From Myxococcota bacterium (GTDB taxonomy: Bacteria > Myxococcota_A > Polyangia > HGW-17), in assembly GCA_018821305.1 (NCBI GenBank), contig JAHJMN010000046.1, positions 15,894-79,893 of the forward strand: DNA of 64,000 nucleotides, given 5' to 3'. A program made the position numbers and the translations under genes. The notes beneath the pieces are model-generated. The model was not told where the DNA came from. It ran no database searches and saw nothing but the letters and a program-made list of their open reading frames with translations. Each line of letters opens with the position of its first letter. Within the stretch, counting starts at the first letter, position 1. Shown here piece by piece: positions 35,575 to 45,419 of this stretch.

Positions 35575-36413
35575 AATTTATAGGCCGGATATATTTCTTC
35601 CGCAATATCAAATGCCTGTTTTACCGCAGTTACATCATGAACACGAAAAATCTTTGCTCCGGAAATCCAGCCCATTATGCAGGAAGAAATTGTTCCTGGC
35701 AACCGGTCAGTTACTTCTGCACCGGATATTTTTCCAATAAAACTTTTATTTGATGGCCCAATTAAAACATGACAACCGCATCTTTCGGAAATGATGCGCC
35801 CGGAACCTGTTAAAAGAGCACTCTGAAGCGCCGTTTTACCAAATCCTATGCCCGGATCTACAAAAATTCTGGAAGTAGGGATTCCTGCAACTTTGCATTT
35901 TTGTACAGTTAGAGCAAGTTCTTCAGCTACTTCTGTAATGACATCCTTGAAATTGATGGTGCTTTGCATATTTTCGGGTAAGCCCCGCATATGTCCAACT
36001 ACAAATCCCGCGCCAAAATCATCGGCCACACTGATAATTTCCGGATCAAAATTTCCACCGGAAACATCATTTACCATAAATGCTCCGGCTTCAAGGGCTA
36101 TGCGGGCAACGGTGGATTTCATAGTATCAATACTCACAGGGAAACCTGCATCCGAAAGGGCGTGGATAACGGGAATAACCCTGCGAAGTTCTTCCTCAGT
36201 GTCCACACTTGTTGATCCCGGGCGAGTACTTTCACCGCCAATATCAAGAATATGAGCCCCCAGATTCATCATTTCAAAACCTGCGTCTATGGCTCGGGAC
36301 GCATCAAAATATGCACCACCGTCAAAGAATGAGTCAGGTGTCACATTGATAACACCCATTATTACTGGTTTGAGGAAGTTAAGAGTATGCCCGTGGATGG
36401 CCACTGTGTCCAT
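35562..36413 (-). CDS. folP: dihydropteroate synthase
   Basis: 'GAHILDIGGESTRPGS', 'SIDT', 'MVNDVSGG' and 'DPGIGFGKT' are canonical FolP motifs. Confidence 0.92.
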   Translation of the reverse strand: MDTVAIHGHTLNFLKPVIMGVINVTPDSFFDGGAYFDASRAIDAGFEMMNLGAHILDIGGESTRPGSTSVDTEEELRRVIPVIHALSDAGFPVSIDTMKSTVARIALEAGAFMVNDVSGGNFDPEIISVADDFGAGFVVGHMRGLPENMQSTINFKDVITEVAEELALTVQKCKVAGIPTSRIFVDPGIGFGKTALQSALLTGSGRIISERCGCHVLIGPSNKSFIGKISGAEVTDRLPGTISSCIMGWISGAKIFRVHDVTAVKQAFDIAEEIYPAYKLCLE

Positions 36414-36430
36414 TTTTTACTCCAGGGAAA

Positions 36431-38293
36431 TCAGAAAGAAGGGGAGGGTTCCAATCCGTTTTCGCCGCCGCTGTAATCAGAATAATCCGCCGGGGTTTTT
36501 CCTTTAAGCAGTAACTCAAGGTCAGTTCGATCAAGGGTTTCTTTCTCGAGAAGGTTGCTCACAAGCCTCTCAACAAAATCACGATTTGTTTCAAGTATTG
36601 TTCTTGCGATTTTGTATGCCTTGGTAATCAGAGAAAAAACTTCTTCATCAATGAGTCTTGCTGTGTGTTCACTTATATCTTTGTGTACGGTAACTTCTCG
36701 ACCAAGGAAAATTTCCTCTTCCTTTGCTCCGTAAACCATGGGGCCGAGTTTCTCACTCATTCCCCATTCACAAACCATTTTCCGGGCGAGTTTTGTGCAC
36801 TTTTCAAAATCACTGGAAGCACCCGTTGTCATAGTATTGAGAAATACTTCTTCACTTATCCTGCCCGCAAGTAAAATGGACATCGTGTTGAAAATATATT
36901 CTTTGCTGTGGGACAGACGGTCAGAATCAGGAAGCTGCATTACAAGACCCAATGCTTTTCCTCTAGGAACAATGGTTGCCTTGTGGATTGGATCTTTTTC
37001 TCCGTCAATGAGCATGGCAACAGTAGCGTGTCCTGCTTCATGGTAGGCTGTATTACGGCGCTCTTTGTCACTGATTACCATTGATTTTCGTTCATTTCCC
37101 ATCATGATTTTATCTTTTGCGTATTCAAAATCAGAGTGGGAAACATCGTTTTTATCAAGTCGAGCAGCGTTCAGCGCCGCTTCGTTTACAAGGTTTGCGA
37201 GATCTGCACCGGAAAACCCCGGTGTTCCCTTGGCGATAATATTGGCATCCAAGTCTTCGGATACTGGAACCTCACGATTTTTAATATGAACTTTCAGTAT
37301 TTCTTCGCGGCCCCTGACATCAGGCATATTAACGACAACCTGACGGTCGAAACGGCCTGGTCTAAGGAGTGCAGGGTCTAAAACATCGGGACGATTTGTG
37401 GCAGCAATCATAATGATGCCCGATTTGCCCTCAAATCCGTCCATTTCAACTAAAAGTTGATTCAGTGTCTGCTCGCGCTCATCGTGGCCGCCACCGAGCC
37501 CGGCGCCGCGCTGCCTTCCCACGGCATCAATTTCATCCATAAAAATTATGCACGGGGCATTCTTTTTACCCTGTTCGAAAAGATCTCTCACACGCGAAGC
37601 ACCGACGCCGACGAACATTTCAACAAAATCCGAACCGGAAATGGAGAAAAACGGAACCCCAGCCTCACCGGCAATTGCTTTTGCCAGCAGAGTCTTACCA
37701 GTTCCCGGATGACCCACAAGCAGGACACCCTTGGGAATTTCGCCGCCAAGTCTCGTGTATTTTTTAGGATCTTTTAAAAAATCAACAAGTTCCTTAACGT
37801 CATCTTTTGCTTCTTCAACGCCGGCAACATCTGCAAAGGTGATTTTCTTCTCATTTTCATTCAGCATTCGCACCTTGGCTTTGCCGAAACTCATGGCTTT
37901 GCCGGCACCACCCTGGAGCTGCCTGAGGAAAAAGAAAAACAGCAGAAATAACAGGAGCATCGGTAACCAGGAAATAAGAAGAGTCGGCCAGTAACTTTCC
38001 TCTTCTTTTTCAATTTTGTAATCAACCTGTTCCTGATCCAGTTTCTCAAGAAGTTGAGGGCTTATAAGGCCGTATGTTTTGAATTTCCGCTCTTCTGTGA
38101 CATATTTACCCGTAATCCGGTTTCCCGTTATTGTAACGGTCTTAAATTTGACGCCGTTTTCCACATCACGGATAAAAGTGGAAAACTTCACTTCCTGAAC
38201 TTTTTCTCCGCTTTTATTGTACAACTTGAAGAGCATTACAAATAAAGCGATTAAAATGACCCATACCAGTATTGTCTTATATTGTTGTCTCAC
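36431..38293 (-). CDS. ftsH: ATP-dependent zinc metalloprotease FtsH
   Basis: AAA+ Walker A '[13 protein letters not shown]', Walker B 'IIFMDEIDA', SRH '[20 protein letters not shown]', and Zn site 'HEAGH'. Confidence 0.97.
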   Translation of the reverse strand: MRQQYKTILVWVILIALFVMLFKLYNKSGEKVQEVKFSTFIRDVENGVKFKTVTITGNRITGKYVTEERKFKTYGLISPQLLEKLDQEQVDYKIEKEEESYWPTLLISWLPMLLLFLLFFFFLRQLQGGAGKAMSFGKAKVRMLNENEKKITFADVAGVEEAKDDVKELVDFLKDPKKYTRLGGEIPKGVLLVGHPGTGKTLLAKAIAGEAGVPFFSISGSDFVEMFVGVGASRVRDLFEQGKKNAPCIIFMDEIDAVGRQRGAGLGGGHDEREQTLNQLLVEMDGFEGKSGIIMIAATNRPDVLDPALLRPGRFDRQVVVNMPDVRGREEILKVHIKNREVPVSEDLDANIIAKGTPGFSGADLANLVNEAALNAARLDKNDVSHSDFEYAKDKIMMGNERKSMVISDKERRNTAYHEAGHATVAMLIDGEKDPIHKATIVPRGKALGLVMQLPDSDRLSHSKEYIFNTMSILLAGRISEEVFLNTMTTGASSDFEKCTKLARKMVCEWGMSEKLGPMVYGAKEEEIFLGREVTVHKDISEHTARLIDEEVFSLITKAYKIARTILETNRDFVERLVSNLLEKETLDRTDLELLLKGKTPADYSDYSGGENGLEPSPSF

Positions 38294-38774
38294 AAAAACC
38301 CCGTACTGGTCTGCACGCTGTTGAATTATAAAGATAATTCATGAACCTGAAAATCAGGATAACCGGCAGACATACTAATAAATTAAAATTAGCTGCATCC
38401 TGAAAATAAAAAATGCGGAATGCAGACTACCACATAATACAATAAACCTGTAATCTTTTATGGTTTAAAGTCAACTCAAAATACGCACTACAAGAGGAAG
38501 TAAAGGATTTAAATCCAGTCAATGTTCTGACATGACACTTTATCGAAAGGGGGGATAACTGACGCTATTTTGCCATCTAACGTAACTGGAAACGTGTCTC
38601 ATATAAATTCTAAAATGTTGAAATAACAGGTTAATAGTGATCGGAGACATTTTTTTGGGAAAGAAAAACAGACAATGGCCTGTTTTGTGCTTTTCAACAA
38701 ATCCGCCTTCATTTTTCATGGATCGAATATCTTATCTCTGACGATAAAATATAGTGAGTACTTGAAAAGAAGGT

Positions 38775-38856
38775 GTTCACGATAGTTCGTGTCCTGTGTT
38801 GGATTTCGTCGTTAACTTGAAAATTTTTCGCCAATTTTTGGCTCAGGACAGTAACA
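38775..38856. repeat. mosaic of TGTCCTG/CAGGACA-family modules
   Basis: GTTCGTGTCCTGTGTTGGATTTCGTCGTTAACTTGAAAAT joins the subtype-3 module (compare the reverse complement of 2896-2950) to TTTTCGCCAATTTTTGGCTCAGGACAGTAAC (compare 2636-2668). Confidence 0.75.
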
Positions 38857-38961
38857 AGACCGCTTTCGGAGTAATGCGATTGTGTTGAATTTCAGAAATA
38901 TCATTCAATTTGAAACTCACCATAATTTGGTTTCGATTCTTTTATTCCGAAAGCGGTTTAG
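38857..38961. repeat. second full copy of the ~100-nt long-stem element
   Basis: The arms AGACCGCTTTCGGAGTAA and TTATTCCGAAAGCGGTTTAG pair with each other. The interior is about 75% identical by eye to 34660-34721. Confidence 0.85.
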
Positions 38962-38991
38962 ATAACCCAAGTTTAGGCTCTGGAGGATTAC

Positions 38992-39930
38992 ATGGAACAT
39001 ATTTTAACCCCAATGGAAGTTGAAGCAATTGTCAATCTTTATAAAGGTGGATTTGGCATTGAAGGTGGTCCAATTGCTGTTGACTGTGATCTCGTTGGAG
39101 GAGATCACCTGCTTCGACGCGTTTCTCCTGTTTTAGATATTGTGCGTCCCAATCTTTCCGTATCTCTTGCAAAAAACCTGACTTTTCATCTGGGAATACA
39201 TACTACTGTTGATGTGTTTCCTACGGATATTGTTCCGTTTGCCGCACTTGCAGCGGGTCTTCCCCGTCCATCCTGCGTAGGAATTTTAGAACTTGGCACA
39301 GGAGGTAAGGTTCTTTTAGATGTATCACCGGATCTTTTCTATCTGGCCATTGACAGGACTCTCGGTGGACAGTCTTTTGACGGTAATCCTCGCCGGGGCC
39401 CTACAATTATTGAACAAAGCATCGGTATGCGCCTTATTGATAGAATGGTAAGGGGACTGAATGGTGCATGGGAAAAAATCCTGAATGATACTCTGAAGAT
39501 AACCAGAGTTGAGTACTGGCCTGAAAAAATAGACGTTATTGAACCGGAAGATTTTGTTCTTCGGCAGGAGATCGAGCTTAAAATTGGAGAATTAAAGTCT
39601 TCAATAGCTGTTATTCTTCCAGCAACAACCCTTGAACCTCTGCGCAAAGCTCTGGATAAAACTGTGAGTAGTTTTACTCCCCTTAATGTGCGCGAAAATC
39701 CAGAACTCGCACGTAGACTCTATGGTGCAACTGTTGATGTAACCGTGGAACTCGGCAAAGCCCATATGAATCTCGGAGTAATTAGAAACCTGAAACCCGG
39801 TGACATAATCCGCCTTGATTCCTCCACTGGTGATGCTCTTCCAGTAAAAATTTCCGGAAAAACAAAGTTTTTCGGTCATCCCCTTGTGGCTCGAGGAAAT
39901 ATGGCTGTAGAACTAACGGAAAACAACTGA
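38992..39930 (+). CDS. fliM: FliM-like flagellar switch protein (FliM core plus SpoA/FliN C-terminal domain)
   Basis: The N-terminal 'LTPMEVEAIVN' resembles the CheY-P binding peptide LSQ.EIDALL. The C-terminal 'LKPGDIIRLDSSTGDALPVKISGKTKFFGHPLVARGNMAVEL' is a SpoA-type surface presentation domain. Confidence 0.6.
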   Translation: MEHILTPMEVEAIVNLYKGGFGIEGGPIAVDCDLVGGDHLLRRVSPVLDIVRPNLSVSLAKNLTFHLGIHTTVDVFPTDIVPFAALAAGLPRPSCVGILELGTGGKVLLDVSPDLFYLAIDRTLGGQSFDGNPRRGPTIIEQSIGMRLIDRMVRGLNGAWEKILNDTLKITRVEYWPEKIDVIEPEDFVLRQEIELKIGELKSSIAVILPATTLEPLRKALDKTVSSFTPLNVRENPELARRLYGATVDVTVELGKAHMNLGVIRNLKPGDIIRLDSSTGDALPVKISGKTKFFGHPLVARGNMAVELTENN

Positions 39931-39956
39931 TTCACGAACTAACAAAATCAAGCGAA

Positions 39957-42251
39957 TTATATTAACCAGCCCATGGCTCGGTTTTCATCCCCATCCATGA
40001 TTACCGTTATTTTTTCATTTGTATTTGAAGAGGACACAACTCGGATCACATCAGAATAGCGAGTGTATTCAGGAACAATTTCTCCAAGAAGGTTTGGACT
40101 GGAATTAATGTAATCCATATTCAGATAACCATCACTCTCATTCAGGTAAATTGGAAGGTAGCGAATAGAACTTTCTACAAGGTCCTGGAAAAAGTGAGTT
40201 CCGAAACTGAGTTCCGGCATATAATCACCATCGCGGCGGGCAAGTTCGATAAGCATGGCAGTATTATTAATATCGGAATATGTTACCTGAACTCCGAGTT
40301 TTATATCACCACGACTGCCCCAGCGACCCGGACCGATAAGTATGAAATCCTTCGGCTGGAGCCGGAAATTCAGGATGTGAACAATTTGAGCAATTTCCTT
40401 CATTTCCTTTTCAGTGGAGAGATTGGAATAACCTTCAGGGTCAACATAAACAATAAAAGAAAACGCATCAATGGACCCGTCGGTTACGTATTGATCCGCA
40501 CGGAAAATAATTTTTTCCTCCTCAATGTTTTCAGGAATTTTGAGTTTTACCGTTGAACTCCACTGGCCTTGAGGTCTGCATTGAAGCAGGTATATTTGTT
40601 TGCCATCGCAGGCAAACTCCAGATCAACGGGATTGTTATAAGCCTGGGCCAGCGTTTTTAATACTTCATTAAGTTCGCTTAAAAACGGCTTTTTCTCCAG
40701 TAGTCCGATAAAAGCCGGAACATTTTCAGTGTCTGCCGAATTCCACAGAGCCGCAACCACGGGTTTCAATTCTCCATCCTGATCGATGGAAATAATATCT
40801 TCGATACCACGGATGGAGTCTCCGTAATTTTTAACGATTTCGCCGAGGGATATACTTTCAAAGCGCCCTGTTTCAAGGTTTATTACATCCATGGTTTTCT
40901 GTGAATAACGCAGTATATCATTTCTGGTAATGTTAACCCGCAGTCCCGGCTTTCCAGGGCTTGCTAAAATAGGGTAATCATCGGTCAGTCGGTCCACAGC
41001 GCGGGTTCCAAGTCCCATCACCATGCGGACCATACCGTCCTCGCGGTTTATACGGGGACTCCATCGGAATTCATTGTAACTGAACGCAACTCCAGCAAAA
41101 AGAGGGAACCAGAAGTTCCCAACTCGAGTTCCAACAACTTCCTGAATGAGCAACCCCATCTGTTCCGTAAAATCAAGGAGATTCATTTTTTTACGGTATT
41201 CAATGGCATCCGGGGAAAAAACACTGGCCATGATTTCTGCCATGGCATCCAAAAGTGCCCCCAGCCTGTCTTCTTTTGAGCCTGTGTTTGCCAGGAAAAG
41301 ACTTTTATACTTTCCGCTGAAACTGGCTTGAAAACTGTCTTCAAGGAGACTTGATGATCGAACAATAATAGGTTTTTCCCCAATCTCATCAATCATATCT
41401 GAAAGTTGATCGGTTATCTCCTGAGGGAAAAATGAATTTTTAAACAACTGCTTGAGCATGATATAACTGGCACAAATCTGCTCAGTTTCCGCATATTTGA
41501 GACTGACCATTTCTTCCAGTGCATTATAATGAAGGAAATTTATAGTAATATCTGATGTCACAAACCAGCTTTTCGGGATTGTGACATTGGCTAAAAGAGG
41601 GTTTTCTTCCTTTTTTTTCTCGATAATTTTCCACGCTAATAAAAGCCCGGCACTTTTTCCTCCGAGGCGCCCTGTCCCACGGTTCGGCCCAATAATTGAT
41701 GGACATAATTTGTGAAAATCCTTAACGAGAATAAAGTTTTTAGCAATATTTACATACTTGAGGTGATCTGTTAGAAAACGCTTTACCAGTGACACCCGGA
41801 TGTTAATGAAATCATTGGAAGACATGTGAAGTTCTTCCCGTGGAATATTAAAGAACCGATCCAGAACTTTACGTAATTCTTCAAGAAAAAGATTTTCATT
41901 TTCACAAGCAATAGAAAGAAAGCGGGATCTCTCCTGAGCAAGCCAAACACTTACGAGGGAATTAATTTCATTCTCAGGGAGAACATGCGCCGCAATAGCG
42001 AAAACCTCTTTCATAATACGAATCAGAGTGGCTCGTTCAATTTTTGGCAGGGGCATATTGGAATAAAGCCGTGTTGTATTGGCATCATCGTAGGGTTCAA
42101 GCTCTTTCATAAGGTCAAGGATATCATGGACATCATGTCGATAAAGATGAATGAACATTCGCCTCATAATTCTGTTCAGCAGAACAAGGTCGAATTTTTC
42201 CAGCATGTCAATAATGATTTTCCATTCGGGTTTTGAATTGACCATATTCAC
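39957..42251 (-). CDS. PEP/pyruvate-binding (PPDK_N, ATP-grasp) domain protein of unknown function
   Basis: 'TGRLGGKSAGLLLA' and 'VRSSSLLEDSFQASFSGKYKS' match the PPDK_N nucleotide-binding region. I found no TSH phospho-histidine swivel motif. Confidence 0.65.
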   Translation of the reverse strand: MNMVNSKPEWKIIIDMLEKFDLVLLNRIMRRMFIHLYRHDVHDILDLMKELEPYDDANTTRLYSNMPLPKIERATLIRIMKEVFAIAAHVLPENEINSLVSVWLAQERSRFLSIACENENLFLEELRKVLDRFFNIPREELHMSSNDFINIRVSLVKRFLTDHLKYVNIAKNFILVKDFHKLCPSIIGPNRGTGRLGGKSAGLLLAWKIIEKKKEENPLLANVTIPKSWFVTSDITINFLHYNALEEMVSLKYAETEQICASYIMLKQLFKNSFFPQEITDQLSDMIDEIGEKPIIVRSSSLLEDSFQASFSGKYKSLFLANTGSKEDRLGALLDAMAEIMASVFSPDAIEYRKKMNLLDFTEQMGLLIQEVVGTRVGNFWFPLFAGVAFSYNEFRWSPRINREDGMVRMVMGLGTRAVDRLTDDYPILASPGKPGLRVNITRNDILRYSQKTMDVINLETGRFESISLGEIVKNYGDSIRGIEDIISIDQDGELKPVVAALWNSADTENVPAFIGLLEKKPFLSELNEVLKTLAQAYNNPVDLEFACDGKQIYLLQCRPQGQWSSTVKLKIPENIEEEKIIFRADQYVTDGSIDAFSFIVYVDPEGYSNLSTEKEMKEIAQIVHILNFRLQPKDFILIGPGRWGSRGDIKLGVQVTYSDINNTAMLIELARRDGDYMPELSFGTHFFQDLVESSIRYLPIYLNESDGYLNMDYINSSPNLLGEIVPEYTRYSDVIRVVSSSNTNEKITVIMDGDENRAMGWLI

Positions 42252-42487
42252 GAAAATGTCCTTTCCGAGGGAGTCCGTATTGCAAAAAACCTGTTTCCGG
42301 AATTCCGGATAGAAAAAGCTTTACCCAGCAAAAATGTATCTCTGTTATACATTTTCACAATTTATAACTCTATGAGAGGTTGTAAATCAATAAGGTAAAT
42401 TACAAAAAAGTGCTTTAAGTGAAAATTTCTTTGATAAAAAGGCTGTTTGTTGTGTCATTATCAATAGTGTACCGGAGGAACCCCACC

Positions 42488-43576
42488 ATGAAAAAGTTAG
42501 TAACGCTTTTAGTCCTTTGTTTTTTATTTGCGGGGTGTGAGCCGCCTGAAAAAGACGCAAATAACATAAATTCATCAAATAATACAACGATAAATAACAC
42601 AAATAACAATACGAGTAACAATACGAATAATGATGCTGGAGTGGACACGGGATCGGATTCAGGCGCAGATTCCGGAACGGACACGGGAATAGACACCGGA
42701 ACTGATTCAGGAGTTAATCCATCTGTTGAAATTATTTCTCCTTCCGACGGAGCGACGGTAACCAATCCCGTGACATTTACCATCGGAGCAGAAAATGTTT
42801 CCACCGTCAGGATTTTTGCCGATGACTGGCCCCTGTCTGATGCCTGGGACCCAACTCAGACGACGTCCCTCACTTACACCTTCAATGGAACCGGATATGC
42901 ACGTTCAATAGTTTGTCGAGGGTATGACAGCCAGGGGCAGGAAGTTGCGTCAACTGGCATATCAATTACGGTAGAGGATGATTCACCGGGTACATTGCTG
43001 GGGAACATGTATAATACATATTATTATCTCGCACGGGAGGCGGATTATCCGCCAGGTACCAATGCGACACTATATGACGTCAACTGCAATCCTATTGCCC
43101 AAGTCAACAGTGAGTTTTCTGATGATGTGTGTATAGAAGGCAGCGGCATTCTGGAAGATGGCACAGTTATAAACTACGCCTCCACCTGCAGCTGTGGTCG
43201 TACTTGTCCTACGGGGGGGATTATTTGTTACCAGACTCTAAATCCAGCGCAGTATCCATGGGGAATGGGCAGCACGTCAAATCCTCTTGAACCTTTGAGA
43301 AGTTGGGCCGTTGACAATGATCTCATTTCCGCTGGTACAATCTTATACGCACCGGAGTGGGACGGAGTTAATATTCCCCTGATTGACGGAATTGGCGGTT
43401 TTATTCATGACGGCTGTTTCCGTGCCGATGATGTTGGTGGCTGGATAAACGGCATGCACTATGATTTCTTCGCAGGAACCCATGATATGTGGCAATTTCT
43501 TGAAACCGTAATGGGAACAAATCACTATTCTCCCGTTTATACACAAACTCCCGCCTGTCAGTACCTCGGCAATTGA
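42488..43576 (+). CDS. lipoprotein with MltA-like/3D domain (putative cell-wall glycosidase-like)
   Basis: I chose the start at 42488, giving 'MKKLVTLLVLCFLFAGC'. It has an Asn-rich and D(T/S)G-rich linker. The C-terminal 'DVCIEGSGILEDGTVINY ... AVDNDLISAGTILY ... FRADDVGGWINGMHYDFFAG' fits the MltA/3D signature. Confidence 0.6.
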   Translation: MKKLVTLLVLCFLFAGCEPPEKDANNINSSNNTTINNTNNNTSNNTNNDAGVDTGSDSGADSGTDTGIDTGTDSGVNPSVEIISPSDGATVTNPVTFTIGAENVSTVRIFADDWPLSDAWDPTQTTSLTYTFNGTGYARSIVCRGYDSQGQEVASTGISITVEDDSPGTLLGNMYNTYYYLAREADYPPGTNATLYDVNCNPIAQVNSEFSDDVCIEGSGILEDGTVINYASTCSCGRTCPTGGIICYQTLNPAQYPWGMGSTSNPLEPLRSWAVDNDLISAGTILYAPEWDGVNIPLIDGIGGFIHDGCFRADDVGGWINGMHYDFFAGTHDMWQFLETVMGTNHYSPVYTQTPACQYLGN

Positions 43577-43807
43577 GGGATTACGAGTTATTCTGCACGG
43601 TGATTTCATAAGCTCACGTAAATAATAAGAATTTGAGGAGGGTTTGATCCTTCTGTTATTTTATGCTAAGGATATGAAATCATGATTTTAAAAATATCCC
43701 ATATCTTCTGGTTTCAATAGTACTACGAATCTACCAACATAAACCACAGGGTGAATTCAAGTGTCTCACTCAAGCCCTTATCAGACTTGAACAGGAGTAA
43801 TAAAAAA

Positions 43808-44251
43808 ATGAAATGTGATTTGACTGTTGTCAGACAAGTAGAAGAATTTACAGACGATTTGAACAAAATTATTCTCAGTGATTTTCTCCACAGGGTGATG
43901 CATCCTTACGAAGACAAACGTGAGGATATCCTGCGGGGCATTGACTACGCCCTTGGTTTGAACCCCGGGGGATTTATTGTTCTTGCCCATATTGAAGGCA
44001 GACTGGCGGGAGCATCCGTGGTGCTCTGCACTGGTATGTCGGGATATATACCGCCAAATCTGCTACTTTTTATAGGGGTAGAGCCGGAAATTCGGGGCCA
44101 TGGCATCGGCCGCAAAATTATTGAAACCATAACGGAAAATACAAAAGGAGATATAAAACTCCACGTGGAAGAAGCAAATCCAGCGAGACATCTGTATGAA
44201 CGGTGCGGATTTCAGAAAAAATATTTCGAAATGAGGCTTAAAAATGAATAA
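43808..44251 (+). CDS. GNAT family N-acetyltransferase
   Basis: The ATG at 43808 has AGGAG upstream. The acetyl-CoA site 'VEPEIRGHGIGRKIIE' and 'NPARHLYERCGF' are present. Confidence 0.8.
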   Translation: MKCDLTVVRQVEEFTDDLNKIILSDFLHRVMHPYEDKREDILRGIDYALGLNPGGFIVLAHIEGRLAGASVVLCTGMSGYIPPNLLLFIGVEPEIRGHGIGRKIIETITENTKGDIKLHVEEANPARHLYERCGFQKKYFEMRLKNE

Positions 44252-45392
44252 AGTAGTTATAAATCTTGATGCGCTTCGCCATAATCTCGCGAGAATAGAT
44301 CGCATAATTACACTTCAGGGGGCTTCGTGGACTGTTGTAACTAAAGCTCTCTGTGGACACACTGATACAATCAAGGCCCTTGAGATGATGGGGGTAAAGA
44401 GCATAGCTGATTCCAGGCTTGATAATCTCAGGGCAATATCGAGAGAAACACCGGAGCTTGAAAAGTGGTATCTTCGTTTGCCACACCTGAGTGCCGTGAA
44501 GGAAATTGTCGAACTTGCGGATCTCAGTTTAAACAGTGAGATCCGTGTAATACGTGCCCTTGGAAAAGAAGCATTAAGACAGGGGAAGATACACAACATT
44601 ATAATTATGGTGGAACTCGGAGATTTGCGCGAAGGAATCACACCTGGTTCACTTACAGAATTTTATCGCGAAGTTTTTGAAACACCGGGCATTAAAGTTA
44701 TGGGCCTTGGGGCTCAGATAGGCTGTCTCGGTGGCGCTTCTCCCAATGAGGATCAGGTTGCCCAGCTTGGTCTTTACCGGGAACTTCTGGAGCTTAAATA
44801 TCAGGAAGAACTCAAGTTCATAAGTGCGGGTTCTACCATTTTCCTTCCTCATCTGTTTGAAGGCGGTCATTACCGGTCGATAAATCACTACAGAATCGGG
44901 GAAGCACTGTTTTTGGGAACAAATCTGATAACAGGTGGGAAAATTCCAGGTCTTCGGGATGATGTTATTACCCTCGAAGCGGAGATAGCTGAAATAAAAA
45001 AGAAAAGTCTAACCGCAAATTCCGGGACTAATTCCGCTCCGTTTGATATGCCTAATCTCAATTATGAACCGGGTCAGCGAGGTTTTCGAGCGTTAGTTAC
45101 TGTGGGGAACCTTGACACTGACGTAAACGGTTTGAAACCGGTTGTAGATGAATACGTGGTTGCCGGCGGATCAAGCGATATTACCGTTGTAAATATGGGG
45201 TCCAATCCCAATAATCTGACTGTAGGCGATACCATAACTTTTAAGACTAATTACAGTGCTTTCCTCGGGCTGATGAACGATCCGTATATTCCAAAGGAGA
45301 TATATCCTCCCCTCCAAGAATTCAAAGAACGCTATCACCTTCACTCATCCATTGAAATTCCGCGTATTCTAGATGATGATTCAGGAATTTGA
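44244..45392 (+). CDS. alanine/ornithine racemase-family PLP enzyme (YhfX-like)
   Basis: 'VVTKALCGH' carries the PLP-lysine context, within an alanine-racemase N-terminal-like barrel. It has an 8-nt overlap with the GNAT gene. Confidence 0.6.
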   Translation: MNKVVINLDALRHNLARIDRIITLQGASWTVVTKALCGHTDTIKALEMMGVKSIADSRLDNLRAISRETPELEKWYLRLPHLSAVKEIVELADLSLNSEIRVIRALGKEALRQGKIHNIIIMVELGDLREGITPGSLTEFYREVFETPGIKVMGLGAQIGCLGGASPNEDQVAQLGLYRELLELKYQEELKFISAGSTIFLPHLFEGGHYRSINHYRIGEALFLGTNLITGGKIPGLRDDVITLEAEIAEIKKKSLTANSGTNSAPFDMPNLNYEPGQRGFRALVTVGNLDTDVNGLKPVVDEYVVAGGSSDITVVNMGSNPNNLTVGDTITFKTNYSAFLGLMNDPYIPKEIYPPLQEFKERYHLHSSIEIPRILDDDSGI

Positions 45393-45419
45393 GTTTTTTC
45401 AGCTTTGCTGTCAGACAAT

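Noticed and set aside
42415-42804. 129-aa minus-strand ORF overlapping the 5' end of the 3D-domain lipoprotein gene
   Set aside because: It is an antisense shadow of the low-complexity Asn/Asp/Thr/Gly-rich linker. It has no independent support.
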